64,000 nucleotides of DNA from Candidatus Babelota bacterium (GTDB lineage Bacteria > Babelota > Babeliae > Babelales > JACPOV01). The stretch covers positions 2,498 through 66,497 of the forward strand of contig JAKJAQ010000008.1 in assembly GCA_022707425.1 (NCBI GenBank), read 5' to 3'. Shown here piece after piece: positions 27,387-36,366 of the stretch (its first letter is position 1; each line of letters begins with the position of its first letter). The notes beneath the pieces were generated by a model. The model saw only the letters and a program-made list of their open reading frames with translations, was not told where the DNA came from and did no database searches. The translations under genes were made by a program, and so were the position numbers.

Positions 27387-29262
27387 AAATAGTTATTGCG
27401 TTTGCATCATCCTTTGCGCAAGGTTTACCTGTTCGCTCGTGAACCGTAATTTCTCGCAACGAAGGATCAATCGCGAACTGTTTTTTTACAATCGGCAACT
27501 TTTGTTGAACATTCAACCACAAGGGAAACGCAGTTTTAGCACCAAAAATATTTCTTCCTAAAGATCGATTGTCGTCACACCCAATATACACACCGGTTGT
27601 ATAGGTTGGTGTTGAACCAATGTGCCAGCAGGAGCGACATTTATCATGCGTTCCTGTTTTACCAATTGCTGCACATTCAAGTAGTTGTGGAAATCTTTTT
27701 TGCAAACGGTCAAAACTCAAACTCAGAATTTTGGCAACCTGATCGCTCACACGAGAATTGAAAACACGCCGTTGTTCAATTTTCATTTTCCAAATCTTAG
27801 TTCCCATACCATCTTTTATCCACCGAATTAAATGTGGTTCAACGTAGATGCCATTATTTGCAAATACATTAAACATGCCAACTGCTTCTTTGAGTGTTCC
27901 ATCAACACAGCCAAGAGCTAAAGAAGGATAGGGCACTATGCGAGCCGAAAAATTAAAACGCTGTGCAACATCAACTACTTTCTGTACGCCAATTTTAAGT
28001 AATGTTTTAATAGTGACAATATTATTCGAATGCGAAAGTGCATACGCAAGTGTCATTTGCCCATCAAACGTATTTGAAAAATTATCGGGTTTCCACACAC
28101 TATTTTCTTGCACCATTTCGAACGGTTCATCAATTTCAGTTTCAAAAAATTGAACACCATTTTCTACTGCAGCTGCATATACAATTGGTTTAAAAATCGA
28201 ACCAAATTGTCTAAAAGCACAGTGCGCACGATCAAATTGCGAAATTGAAAAATCATAGCCACCAATTAACGCTTTGATTTCTCCACTCTTTACCTCAGTA
28301 CAAATGAGTGCACCATCAATTTCTGGCATCATTTTTTCACGCAAATGTACAATCTGTTTTTTGAACTCTTCAATCGCATCTTTTTGCATGGCGCTGTTCA
28401 AGGTTGTTTGGATTACTAACCCACCGCGATACAATTTATCACGGCCAAATTCTTTTTCTACAAAATATCGAATCCATTCTTTTGCATGCGGTGCAATCAT
28501 AATTGAATGATCAACAATAGCTAGTTGTTTCTGCATAGCATCTTTGTACTCTTCGAACGTAATAAATTTGCATTGCATCATTGAGTTCAAAACAATATTG
28601 CGTCGCTGTTGACACGAAAGAGGAAATAATAATGGACAATAATTTTGCGGCGATTTCATAATGGCAGCCAACACCGCTGCTTGATCAATCGTAACTTGCT
28701 CAACTGTTTTTCCCCAAAACCGTTTTGCTGCTGCGCCGATGCCATAAATACCGCAACCAAAATAAACATGATTAAGATACAGTTCCATGATTTGATGTTT
28801 ACTCAATTGTCGCTCAAGCAAAATTGCAACAACTTGTTCTTTAATTTTTCGCACAAACGTCTTACTCGCATCAAAATATAATAAGCGCACGAGTTGTTGC
28901 GTAATCGTACTTGCTCCTTGTGCTCGTTTTGCTTGGTATAAATTTACAAAGAGTGAACGAATGATACCACGAAAAGAAATTCCTGCATGATGAAAAAAAG
29001 AACGATCTTCTGCAGCCAAAAATGCATGAATAACATGTTCAGGAATAGCTGAAAATTGCACCGGATCGCAGCGCTCAATTTGAAATCGTGTCAATTCATT
29101 GCCTTCATCATCAAGTACAATTGATGGACGTGATTGAATATCATTTTGTAATGAAGCAACATCGATTGTTGGATAAATAAGGAAAAAAAATAATATGCCG
29201 AGCAAAAAAGCAGCACAGCAAAAAAGTACACCAAAAAGATAGGAAAAAAAACGAAACAACAT
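27364..29262 (-). CDS. mrcA: class A penicillin-binding protein (glycosyltransferase GT51 + transpeptidase)
   Basis: GT51 motifs AAEDRSFFHHAGI and GASTITQQL. Transpeptidase motifs SIFKP (SxxK), SHSNN (SxN) and KTGT. Confidence 0.9.
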   Translation of the reverse strand: MLFRFFSYLFGVLFCCAAFLLGILFFFLIYPTIDVASLQNDIQSRPSIVLDDEGNELTRFQIERCDPVQFSAIPEHVIHAFLAAEDRSFFHHAGISFRGIIRSLFVNLYQAKRAQGASTITQQLVRLLYFDASKTFVRKIKEQVVAILLERQLSKHQIMELYLNHVYFGCGIYGIGAAAKRFWGKTVEQVTIDQAAVLAAIMKSPQNYCPLLFPLSCQQRRNIVLNSMMQCKFITFEEYKDAMQKQLAIVDHSIMIAPHAKEWIRYFVEKEFGRDKLYRGGLVIQTTLNSAMQKDAIEEFKKQIVHLREKMMPEIDGALICTEVKSGEIKALIGGYDFSISQFDRAHCAFRQFGSIFKPIVYAAAVENGVQFFETEIDEPFEMVQENSVWKPDNFSNTFDGQMTLAYALSHSNNIVTIKTLLKIGVQKVVDVAQRFNFSARIVPYPSLALGCVDGTLKEAVGMFNVFANNGIYVEPHLIRWIKDGMGTKIWKMKIEQRRVFNSRVSDQVAKILSLSFDRLQKRFPQLLECAAIGKTGTHDKCRSCWHIGSTPTYTTGVYIGCDDNRSLGRNIFGAKTAFPLWLNVQQKLPIVKKQFAIDPSLREITVHERTGKPCAKDDANAITIFIDQGRF

Positions 29263-29282
29263 GCGTAGACGCCACTAAAGAA

Positions 29283-29308
29283 AAAAGGCCGTACTGCTAC
29301 GGCCTTTT
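29283..29308 (-). terminator. Rho-independent terminator
   Basis: aaaaggccgta / tacggcctttt stem with a 4-nt loop. On the minus strand it is followed by a T-run. Lies just downstream of the 115-aa gene. Confidence 0.75.
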
Positions 29309-29338
29309 AGGAAAAATTACAAATTTAATGCGCAAATT

Positions 29339-29686
29339 TTAGCGACTTGTGTTGTAGTTTGCACGGCGCATTGTTGTTGGCGCATCTTCTTCTTCATTTT
29401 CAGTGAAATATGCTTTGTAAATGCAATAAGCACCAATTAATGCCGTAACACCAATACCATATGCATATTTATGTGCACATACATGAGTTGTTACATCAGA
29501 CGATTTTGCTTTGATTGAATTCCATACTGTTTGCAAAGAAAATGTAGATGCTGGCTTATTATCATTATCTTTTTTTTCAATTTTTTCTGATTGTTCCGTT
29601 GATCCTTGTTCAGTGCCAGCAAAAATTGTAGAACCAACAACCAGCATACTTGAAACAAGAAGCGCTAAAACGAAATTTCTTTTCAT
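29339..29686 (-). CDS. hypothetical small protein, N-terminal signal plus C-terminal TM
   Basis: Signal MKRNFVLALLVSSMLVVGSTIFA, C-terminal TM YGIGVTALIGAYCIYKAYF. A terminator lies downstream. Confidence 0.5.
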   Translation of the reverse strand: MKRNFVLALLVSSMLVVGSTIFAGTEQGSTEQSEKIEKKDNDNKPASTFSLQTVWNSIKAKSSDVTTHVCAHKYAYGIGVTALIGAYCIYKAYFTENEEEDAPTTMRRANYNTSR

Positions 29687-29798
29687 AAAAATAACTCCCT
29701 ATATTAATTGTTTTGATTTCGAATACAAAGTTACTTGAATACGTTCCTTTGTCAATATAAAATCACCATGCAAGAGCCTCTTACTTAAGGAGAACAAA

Positions 29799-30251
29799 TT
29801 GAACTTTTGTCTGGCACCACTTTATTATAGTATGCTTATTGGATTTCTCTTAATCGACTTGTGCGCATGGCATTTGTGCGCATTTCCAATTGTACAATTA
29901 GTATGGTGCTTATTTTCCGTTGCACTTTTTTCACAAAGTAGCATTATGCGCCTTTGCATAACATTCACCGTTTTGTGCATGGAACAATTCATTGCCATTG
30001 GTTCATATAAAGAATCAACAGCACTTCTCATGACATCGATTTTATGGATTGTGCCATTTTTGACATTTATTAATCATTCCCTCGAACTTTTTCCCTATGC
30101 ATTCATTATTAGTTCGTTGCTTCTTTTTCGGACCTTTTGTCAACCATTCTGGCTCACTGAATCGACAATTGTGATCTATACAATTATCCAAATTTTTGTT
30201 AATATTATAGGTGTACGAATTCTTTTGAAATATAGATCCAAGGCAATCTAG
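29799..30251 (+). CDS. hypothetical polytopic membrane protein
   Basis: TTG start behind AAGGAGA. About 5 hydrophobic helices. The 3' end overlaps the first nucleotides of rnpB. Confidence 0.5.
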   Translation: MNFCLAPLYYSMLIGFLLIDLCAWHLCAFPIVQLVWCLFSVALFSQSSIMRLCITFTVLCMEQFIAIGSYKESTALLMTSILWIVPFLTFINHSLELFPYAFIISSLLLFRTFCQPFWLTESTIVIYTIIQIFVNIIGVRILLKYRSKAI

Positions 30252-30582
30252 ACAATCGCTTGCTGTTTTAACCAGATGAGCAAGAGGAAAGTCCGGACTC
30301 CAAACGAAAAAAGCACCTTAGAAATTAAGGGGGGCGTAAGCTCATGGAAAGTGCCACAGAAAAAAACCGCCTGTAAAAAGGTAAGGGTGAAAATGTGCGG
30401 TAAAAGCGCACACCTCTTATTAGTAATAATAAGAGTGGGGCAAACCCTGCTTGGAGCAAGACAAAATAGGCACGAACGGTTTTTCGTTCCGGTTATCACG
30501 TGCGGGTATGTCGCCAAGAGAAATGGTTGTCATGTGCATATTCGTATGCACAACAGAATCCGGCTTACTGATTGCCTTTGAT
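30240..30582 (+). ncRNA. rnpB: RNase P RNA (bacterial)
   Basis: Conserved P4 strands GAGGAAAGTCCGG (30284-30296) and ACAGAATCCGGC (30553-30564). GGTAAGGGTGAAAATGTGCGGTAAAAGCGCAC core block. P1 pairing aaggcaatc (30240-30248) / gattgcctt (30570-30578), followed by a T-run. Ends are approximate to within a few nt. Confidence 0.93.
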
Positions 30583-30606
30583 CTTTTTTTTATTCAAGTG
30601 TTATTT

Positions 30607-31305
30607 GTGAAAATCAACTCATTTTTGTGGATATTTCCATTTCTTTTTTTCATCGTTGGGTACACAACACTTTCGCTTTTACGCGGCAAACAACAGATTT
30701 CTGTTCCCGTTCTTATTGGACAAACAGTTGGCAACGCAACCATTATTCTCGCAGAACAGCATCTCAATTTTCGCGTGCTCGCCCAAAAAGAAGACAATGA
30801 TCTTGCGCAGGGAACTATTTTGAGTCAAATACCTGCTGCGGGACAATTTATGCGACTCAATCAAGCAGTTTTTTGCGTTATTTCAAAAAAAACTGCCGCG
30901 GTTCTGGCACCGATCTGTGTTGGTGCGACACTTTCTGACGTTCAAAACCATTGCTCAAGGCTTAATATCATTCCACAGATATTTTATGTTCCAAGCTCAT
31001 TACCAGGAAACACGTGCATCGCACAGTCTCCACAAGCAGGCGAGATAATCAATAATAAATCGATTACAGTCTATGTTGCCAATCCAGGTTCTTCGCTTGT
31101 GGTAGTTCCATCATTTATTGGTTCTTCTCTTGACAGTTCTCTTGGGACACTTGAATTATATCAAATTAAACCACTCATTATTCATGCAAAAAAAAACACC
31201 TCTTTAGAGGCAAACAAGAACTATACTGTTGCTGAGCAAAAACCGCTTGCAGGTTCTATTATTGATATTAATAGTTTGCACACATTTCAATTCTTGGTTG
31301 AATAA
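30607..31305 (+). CDS. membrane-anchored protein with three PASTA domains (no kinase or PBP domain)
   Basis: TM INSFLWIFPFLFFIVGYTTLSLL, then three PASTA-like repeats (VPVLIGQTVGNA...CVIS; LAPICVGATLSDV...TVYVA; VVPSFIGSSLDSS...FQFLV). Start is uncertain: GTG 30607 or 30598. The track ORF start at 30451 lies inside rnpB. Confidence 0.7.
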   Translation: MKINSFLWIFPFLFFIVGYTTLSLLRGKQQISVPVLIGQTVGNATIILAEQHLNFRVLAQKEDNDLAQGTILSQIPAAGQFMRLNQAVFCVISKKTAAVLAPICVGATLSDVQNHCSRLNIIPQIFYVPSSLPGNTCIAQSPQAGEIINNKSITVYVANPGSSLVVVPSFIGSSLDSSLGTLELYQIKPLIIHAKKNTSLEANKNYTVAEQKPLAGSIIDINSLHTFQFLVE

Positions 31306-31402
31306 CAAAACCTATGTGCTATACTAATTTTTGTTCTTATCAGAAGGTCTGATATAAACAAAACTTTCACATCTTCGTTCTTTTTCATTTTAAGGAGATC
31401 GT

Positions 31403-31834
31403 ATGAAAAATAATTTGTTAATCATTGCCCTTGCTGTAATGAGCAATGCTCTACAAGCAGAAGATATGCCTTCAATGACTATTGAAAGCATTACACCAGA
31501 AGAAGTAAGGTCAATTCAAATTAACATGGCGATCGAAATGCAACCAGATTGTAATCCTGAGATGCGCGCTGAATGCGTTCGTTGCACACAAGAATGCTTG
31601 AAAATGTGCCAAGAAGCTACAGATCGTCAAATGACCATGGATTTAATTTTAGAAACACAGCGCAAATTAATGATGCTTGCTTCAGAAGATAATAAAATGC
31701 AAGTTCAATTTTTCTTCGGGATGTCAAACGTAAACCCAATGGAAGAACAACCAGCAGCTCAAATGTGTGCTGATGACATTTGCCCGGCATGTCCTGATAT
31801 GCCATCAATGACACAGCCAGAGCCACAAGCATAA
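31403..31834 (+). CDS. exported Met/Cys-rich small protein
   Basis: Signal MKNNLLIIALAVMSNALQA. Mature part has 8 Cys and many Met. The DMPSMT motif occurs at both ends (31463-31480 and 31796-31813). Confidence 0.6.
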   Translation: MKNNLLIIALAVMSNALQAEDMPSMTIESITPEEVRSIQINMAIEMQPDCNPEMRAECVRCTQECLKMCQEATDRQMTMDLILETQRKLMMLASEDNKMQVQFFFGMSNVNPMEEQPAAQMCADDICPACPDMPSMTQPEPQA

Positions 31835-31864
31835 ACTCAATAAAAAAACACAATACGCACTAAA

Positions 31865-31896
31865 AAAAGGGCAGTAACAACTGCTCTTTTTTATTT
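31865..31896 (+). terminator. Rho-independent terminator
   Basis: aaaagggcagt / actgctctttt stem with loop aaca, followed by ttttttatttt. Confidence 0.75.
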
Positions 31897-31914
31897 TCAC
31901 GAAAGGATATTTTT

Positions 31915-32502
31915 ATGAATTTTTTGTTAATTCTTTTTCCACTACTATTAATTGCCCAGTTACAGGCAACTCAGTTTCCAAAGGGAATCGATTATTCTGG
32001 AATGGCACAACAACAAATCGCTGCAATACCAATAATTAAACCTGAGTTAGCAACATTTCCTTTACCAAACCAATCAGAAGCGCTTTTTTTTATTAATATT
32101 ATTAATAAAATTAGTGACGATTCTGTCAAAGAATTAATTGACGCCAGTATCACGTTTTGCAAAAAAAACAATTTAGAAATTGACGAAAGTTATTTTTCTG
32201 AACTACAAGGTAAACTACGCGCACTCAAGATACAGGAAGATGATAATTCAGAGGAAAAAGCTTATCTTGAACTCTTAAAAATCGTAAATACCAATGATAT
32301 TATTTTAAAGCACTATTTTGGCGACAAAGCAGAAATTGTTAAAAAATTAGCAATCAAAAACATTGATGAAACTGCCCAACTACAAAATATCGTTGAGAAA
32401 CAAGGTAAACAATCGACAGAAAAATTACTAACTTTTGCAGATTACGCACTGAAAAGATTTGAACAAGAAGGTTTAGTAAAAAAAATAAATAAACCTATTT
32501 AA
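31915..32502 (+). CDS. hypothetical exported protein
   Basis: Signal MNFLLILFPLLLIAQLQA. Helical, Lys/Glu-rich. No family recognised. Confidence 0.5.
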   Translation: MNFLLILFPLLLIAQLQATQFPKGIDYSGMAQQQIAAIPIIKPELATFPLPNQSEALFFINIINKISDDSVKELIDASITFCKKNNLEIDESYFSELQGKLRALKIQEDDNSEEKAYLELLKIVNTNDIILKHYFGDKAEIVKKLAIKNIDETAQLQNIVEKQGKQSTEKLLTFADYALKRFEQEGLVKKINKPI

Positions 32503-33499
32503 CAACACATTCTTGCTCCAAGGGCCGATTCATTAAATCGGCCAGGAGCGTTTCAATTTTTTTTCCATGCATCAATACTTCAAAAACACCTTTACAAACG
32601 GGTAAATCAAGAGAAAACTGCTCTATTAATTGATGCAAAGAAATTGCAGTGTTCACACCTTCAGGAATATATCCTGTCTCATACAAAATAGTTTCTAATG
32701 TTTGTCCTGCACCAATTCGTTTACCCACTTCTCGGTTTCTGCTTCGTGCGCCCATTGCTGTCAATACCAAGTCACCTACACCTGAAAGCCCATAAATAGT
32801 TTCGGGCCTGCCACCGCGCAATTGAGAAACAATCATCATTTCATGCAACCCGCGTGATAACACAAATGCTTTGACATTGTCACGATACCCAGCACCATCA
32901 AGCATACCAATTGCGAGAGCAATAACATTTTTAAGAGCACCACCAATTTGAACACCAATCACATCAAGCGATAAATACGGTCTAAAATAATTATTCGCGA
33001 GCAGTTTTTGCAGCATCAGTCCAAATTCACAATCGGTGGCTGCCAACGTAACCGCAGTAATTTGTTGCGTAGCAACATCGCTGGCAAAACTTGGGCCAAC
33101 CAAAACTGCTTTGTGTGCAGTTTTGACAATAACTTCATCAATTAATTGTGTAGGTAATAACAATGAATTATTTTCGATTCCTTTACTCAATACAATCCAT
33201 TTATGATCAGATCTAACATGCGGCCTGCATTTTTCTAAAACTGAGCGCATGTATTGTACCGGAATCGCTTCAAAAATAAGTTCACTTTCTGCCAGCGCTT
33301 GAGCAAGATCATGAGTTGGCTTGATTCGATCACTCAAAGGAACTTGTGGTAAATAACGATTATTACTGTGATTTTTTTTTATCTCATCGCACACTTGTTC
33401 ATCGTAACACCATAAATTTACTTGAATATTGTTATTTGCAAGCAATGTTGCTACTGCAGTTCCCCATGCTCCTTCACCAATCATTGCTACTTGTTTCAT
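32495..33499 (-). CDS. gpsA: NAD(P)H-dependent glycerol-3-phosphate dehydrogenase
   Basis: MKQVAMIGEGAWGTAVA (Rossmann), GALKNVIALA. Start taken at ATG 33499, giving an ATGA overlap with the uppS stop. The track start is 33520. Confidence 0.9.
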   Translation of the reverse strand: MKQVAMIGEGAWGTAVATLLANNNIQVNLWCYDEQVCDEIKKNHSNNRYLPQVPLSDRIKPTHDLAQALAESELIFEAIPVQYMRSVLEKCRPHVRSDHKWIVLSKGIENNSLLLPTQLIDEVIVKTAHKAVLVGPSFASDVATQQITAVTLAATDCEFGLMLQKLLANNYFRPYLSLDVIGVQIGGALKNVIALAIGMLDGAGYRDNVKAFVLSRGLHEMMIVSQLRGGRPETIYGLSGVGDLVLTAMGARSRNREVGKRIGAGQTLETILYETGYIPEGVNTAISLHQLIEQFSLDLPVCKGVFEVLMHGKKIETLLADLMNRPLEQECVVK

Positions 33500-34191
33500 G
33501 CTCCAAAGTTCCTTCGACATTGCTCAAAATTGGTATACGCAGCTTGCAAATGATCTTGAGTAATTTCTGGCCAAAAACAATCTAAAAAATAAAATTCGCT
33601 ATACGCAGCTTGATACAACAAAAAATTGCTCATTCGTTTGGCACCACCAGTTCTTATAATAATATCTGGCTCAGGCATGCCCGCTGTCCATAAATAGTCT
33701 TTAAATGTTTCATCAGTAATATCATTTTCAGACAGTTCACCATTTTTTACTTTTGCAAGTAAAGCCTTTATACCATGCACAATTTCTTGCCGTGCTCCAT
33801 AACAAAAAAGAAAATTAACTTGCAAATTAGCGCCATTGGCCGTTTTTTGCTCAAGCTGATCAATGATGGTAATCAAATGTTTAGGAAAGAGCGATCGTTC
33901 ACCGATGAACTTGGCACGAATACCATTTTTAATAAATTCTTCCGTATATTCCTGAGCTTTTTGTGAAAAAAGATCAAATAAATATGAACGTTCACTTTCA
34001 GATCGTCGCAAATTTTCGATCGAAAACGTATACAAAGAAAGATATGGAATTTTTTTGCTCAAACAAAATTCAATAACACATTTTACCGCATTCATGCCAT
34101 TTGAATGACCAAGCCACGGTTGCAATCCGCGCAACCGTGCCCAGCGACGATTTCCATCCATGATAATTGCCAAATGTTTCATACCCATCAT
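33496..34191 (-). CDS. uppS: undecaprenyl (isoprenyl) diphosphate synthase
   Basis: HLAIIMDGNRRWA, SIENLRRS, IRTGGAKRMSNFLLYQAAYSEFYF. Confidence 0.9.
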   Translation of the reverse strand: MMGMKHLAIIMDGNRRWARLRGLQPWLGHSNGMNAVKCVIEFCLSKKIPYLSLYTFSIENLRRSESERSYLFDLFSQKAQEYTEEFIKNGIRAKFIGERSLFPKHLITIIDQLEQKTANGANLQVNFLFCYGARQEIVHGIKALLAKVKNGELSENDITDETFKDYLWTAGMPEPDIIIRTGGAKRMSNFLLYQAAYSEFYFLDCFWPEITQDHLQAAYTNFEQCRRNFGA

Positions 34192-34213
34192 CCCTCAAAC
34201 AGCATGTGAGTAG

Positions 34214-34864
34214 TTAAACAATTGTGTGCGTTCGCGCGCCAGGTGCATGAAGAGTAAAACCAGAGAAATAACTAACAGCCTGATGAATTATCACCATGCC
34301 ACTTGCATAGACAATTCGTTCAAACAGAACAATTGGCATGAGCAGGGCAAATGTTTCTGCGCTCATTGGAACCCAATAAAGCCATAAAACTGAGCCCACT
34401 GCATGTGCAGTAAAGGTGCTACCAAGAGCGGTTAAAAATAAAGAACGTTCTGGTATAAATGCTAGCACCATTGGTATTAACCAAAAGGCACTGTACCAGA
34501 ATGCTTGCTGTCCTACTGGATGGATAATGAACAAGAACATGCAAAGCAACGGTATCATAATTTTAAAGAGTCGTTTTCCAGGCAAAAAAAAGGTAGATGC
34601 ACAAATCGTTGGAATATGATATGCTAAAGGAGTGAAAAGAAAATTACTCATAAAAAAAGACTTAATGAACGCTCTTCCAATCAAAAGCCCAACCGCAAGT
34701 GGCATACCAAGCCATATACCCAGCAATGGACCGAAAAAATTAATACCAGAAAAAATCGCAATTTGGGAACCAAAAACGCAATTTACTTTAAAATGACTGA
34801 CTATTTGTAGTAAAATGACAGTACCACTCAGAGCACCGATCGCTTTAAGGCATCGATGAAACAT
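34214..34864 (-). CDS. hypothetical polytopic membrane protein
   Basis: 216 aa with about 6 TM helices. Upstream of uppS-gpsA on the same strand. No family recognised. Confidence 0.5.
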   Translation of the reverse strand: MFHRCLKAIGALSGTVILLQIVSHFKVNCVFGSQIAIFSGINFFGPLLGIWLGMPLAVGLLIGRAFIKSFFMSNFLFTPLAYHIPTICASTFFLPGKRLFKIMIPLLCMFLFIIHPVGQQAFWYSAFWLIPMVLAFIPERSLFLTALGSTFTAHAVGSVLWLYWVPMSAETFALLMPIVLFERIVYASGMVIIHQAVSYFSGFTLHAPGARTHTIV

Positions 34865-34886
34865 AACTACTCCTAAGGTATAAAAA

Positions 34887-35636
34887 ATGAATAAATTAAC
34901 TCAAACACGTTTCCATAGTATAACCGATAGAGAAACAGTGGACAATACAAAAAAAGAGACCTTCAACCGCTATCATGCAATTATTTTTGATCTTGATGGC
35001 ACTATTATTGATACGGAACATATTTGGCGGCGAGCTACCAAAGAACTGCTGTATCAGCGCGGCATAAGTGTATCTCCCGAACTCGAAACTGAACTGCAAC
35101 AAAAACTGTGCGGGCTTGCTTTGCATGAAAGCTGCACTTTTATAAAAAATCATTTTTCATTGCCCGATGCACTTTCGGTCTTAGTAAATGAAAAAGCACA
35201 TCGTGCAAACACTCTTTATGGTGTTGAAGTAAAATTTGTTGAAGGCTTTCTTGATTTCTATGCAAAAGTACGTGCAAATAATCTCAAGAGCGGTGTTGCA
35301 ACCAATGCGCATGATGACACAGTAGCAGTTACCGATCGCGCACTCGGACTCACTTCTCTTTTTGGAGAACATATTTACCCGATATCGCGCGTTAATAATT
35401 TGGGTAAACCTGATCCGGCAATTTATTTACATGCTGCTGAAAAACTTGGTGTCAATCCAACCAATTGCATTGCCATTGAAGATTCTGCACATGGTCTTGC
35501 GGCGGCTAAAAAAGCTGGCATGCTCTGCATCGGGATCAATACAGCTAAAGATCGAACACGATTAACCCAAGCACATCACATTATTGAAGCTTATCAAGAA
35601 ATTAATTTGGATGAGCTTCTTAAACATTTAGTATAA
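34887..35636 (+). CDS. HAD-superfamily hydrolase (subfamily IA, beta-phosphoglucomutase-like)
   Basis: AIIFDLDGTIIDTE (DxDGT), GVATNA, GKPDPAIYLHAAEKLGV, IAIEDSAHGLAAAKKAGM. Confidence 0.85.
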   Translation: MNKLTQTRFHSITDRETVDNTKKETFNRYHAIIFDLDGTIIDTEHIWRRATKELLYQRGISVSPELETELQQKLCGLALHESCTFIKNHFSLPDALSVLVNEKAHRANTLYGVEVKFVEGFLDFYAKVRANNLKSGVATNAHDDTVAVTDRALGLTSLFGEHIYPISRVNNLGKPDPAIYLHAAEKLGVNPTNCIAIEDSAHGLAAAKKAGMLCIGINTAKDRTRLTQAHHIIEAYQEINLDELLKHLV

Positions 35637-35638
35637 TA

Positions 35639-36352
35639 CTATTTTACAATCCGCTTTTTATCCATTTTTTCGCATTCATCACATTGATGTTTGAGCAGTT
35701 CAACTGCTTGATCAATATCATCAACTACAACGAGTAATTTCATTTCCATTTCAACAATAAGTTTTTCTTTAACTGCATATCCAAGCCACCAATCAAGCAA
35801 CGGTTTCCAATAGTCTGAACCAATCAAAACAATAGGAACACTCGCTAATTTTTTTGTTTGCATCAACGTTAAAACTTCTGATAGTTCTTCTAATGTACCA
35901 AATCCACCCGGAAATACCGCAAACGCAACTGAGTAATTTATCATGAGCCACTTGCGTGCAAAAAAAAAATCGGTAGTAATGTAATCATCTACTATACATT
36001 CATTAATGCCTTCCGATTCAAGACCGCTTACCGTAATGCCCAGAGTACGTGCTCTTGATTTATTTTTTTTTATAACTTCCATTGCACCACAACTTGCGGC
36101 TTGCATAATGCCAGGCCCACCTCCAGTAATCACTGAAATGTTCCGCTCGACAAGTTTATGTGCAAGCTCATGTGCTTGGCGTGTATATTTATTTTCTTGT
36201 GCAAATCGAGAGCCGCCAAAAATCGTAACAATAGGGTGTGGAAGCTTAGATACCTTCCACACTCCATATATTAACTGGGACGTAGTTTTTATCGCATCTT
36301 TTAGAAGAACGCCGTAGGTATAGAAAAATCGTTTTATTGATCCCATAGCCAT
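35639..36352 (-). CDS. LOG-family / TIGR00730 nucleotide 5'-monophosphate nucleosidase-like protein
   Basis: VITGGGPGIMQAA and VFPGGFGTLEEL motifs. Confidence 0.85.
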   Translation of the reverse strand: MAMGSIKRFFYTYGVLLKDAIKTTSQLIYGVWKVSKLPHPIVTIFGGSRFAQENKYTRQAHELAHKLVERNISVITGGGPGIMQAASCGAMEVIKKNKSRARTLGITVSGLESEGINECIVDDYITTDFFFARKWLMINYSVAFAVFPGGFGTLEELSEVLTLMQTKKLASVPIVLIGSDYWKPLLDWWLGYAVKEKLIVEMEMKLLVVVDDIDQAVELLKHQCDECEKMDKKRIVK

Positions 36353-36366
36353 AATTAATTCTTTCT

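Noticed and set aside
30248-30581. Track ORFs 30248-30517 (minus, 89 aa) and 30276-30581 (plus, 101 aa), plus the first ~50 codons of ORF 30451-31305
   Set aside because: They lie entirely within the RNase P RNA gene, whose conserved P4 and core motifs are unambiguous. They are frames left open by chance in a structured RNA.
36062-36071. Homopolymeric T/A tracts (e.g. within the LOG gene, at 41160-41175, at 62145-62153) considered as phase-variation switches
   Set aside because: Runs of 8-10 nt are expected at this base composition. They lie in conserved housekeeping or membrane codons (Phe/Lys) or upstream of the likely true start. There is no evidence of length polymorphism from a single sequence.
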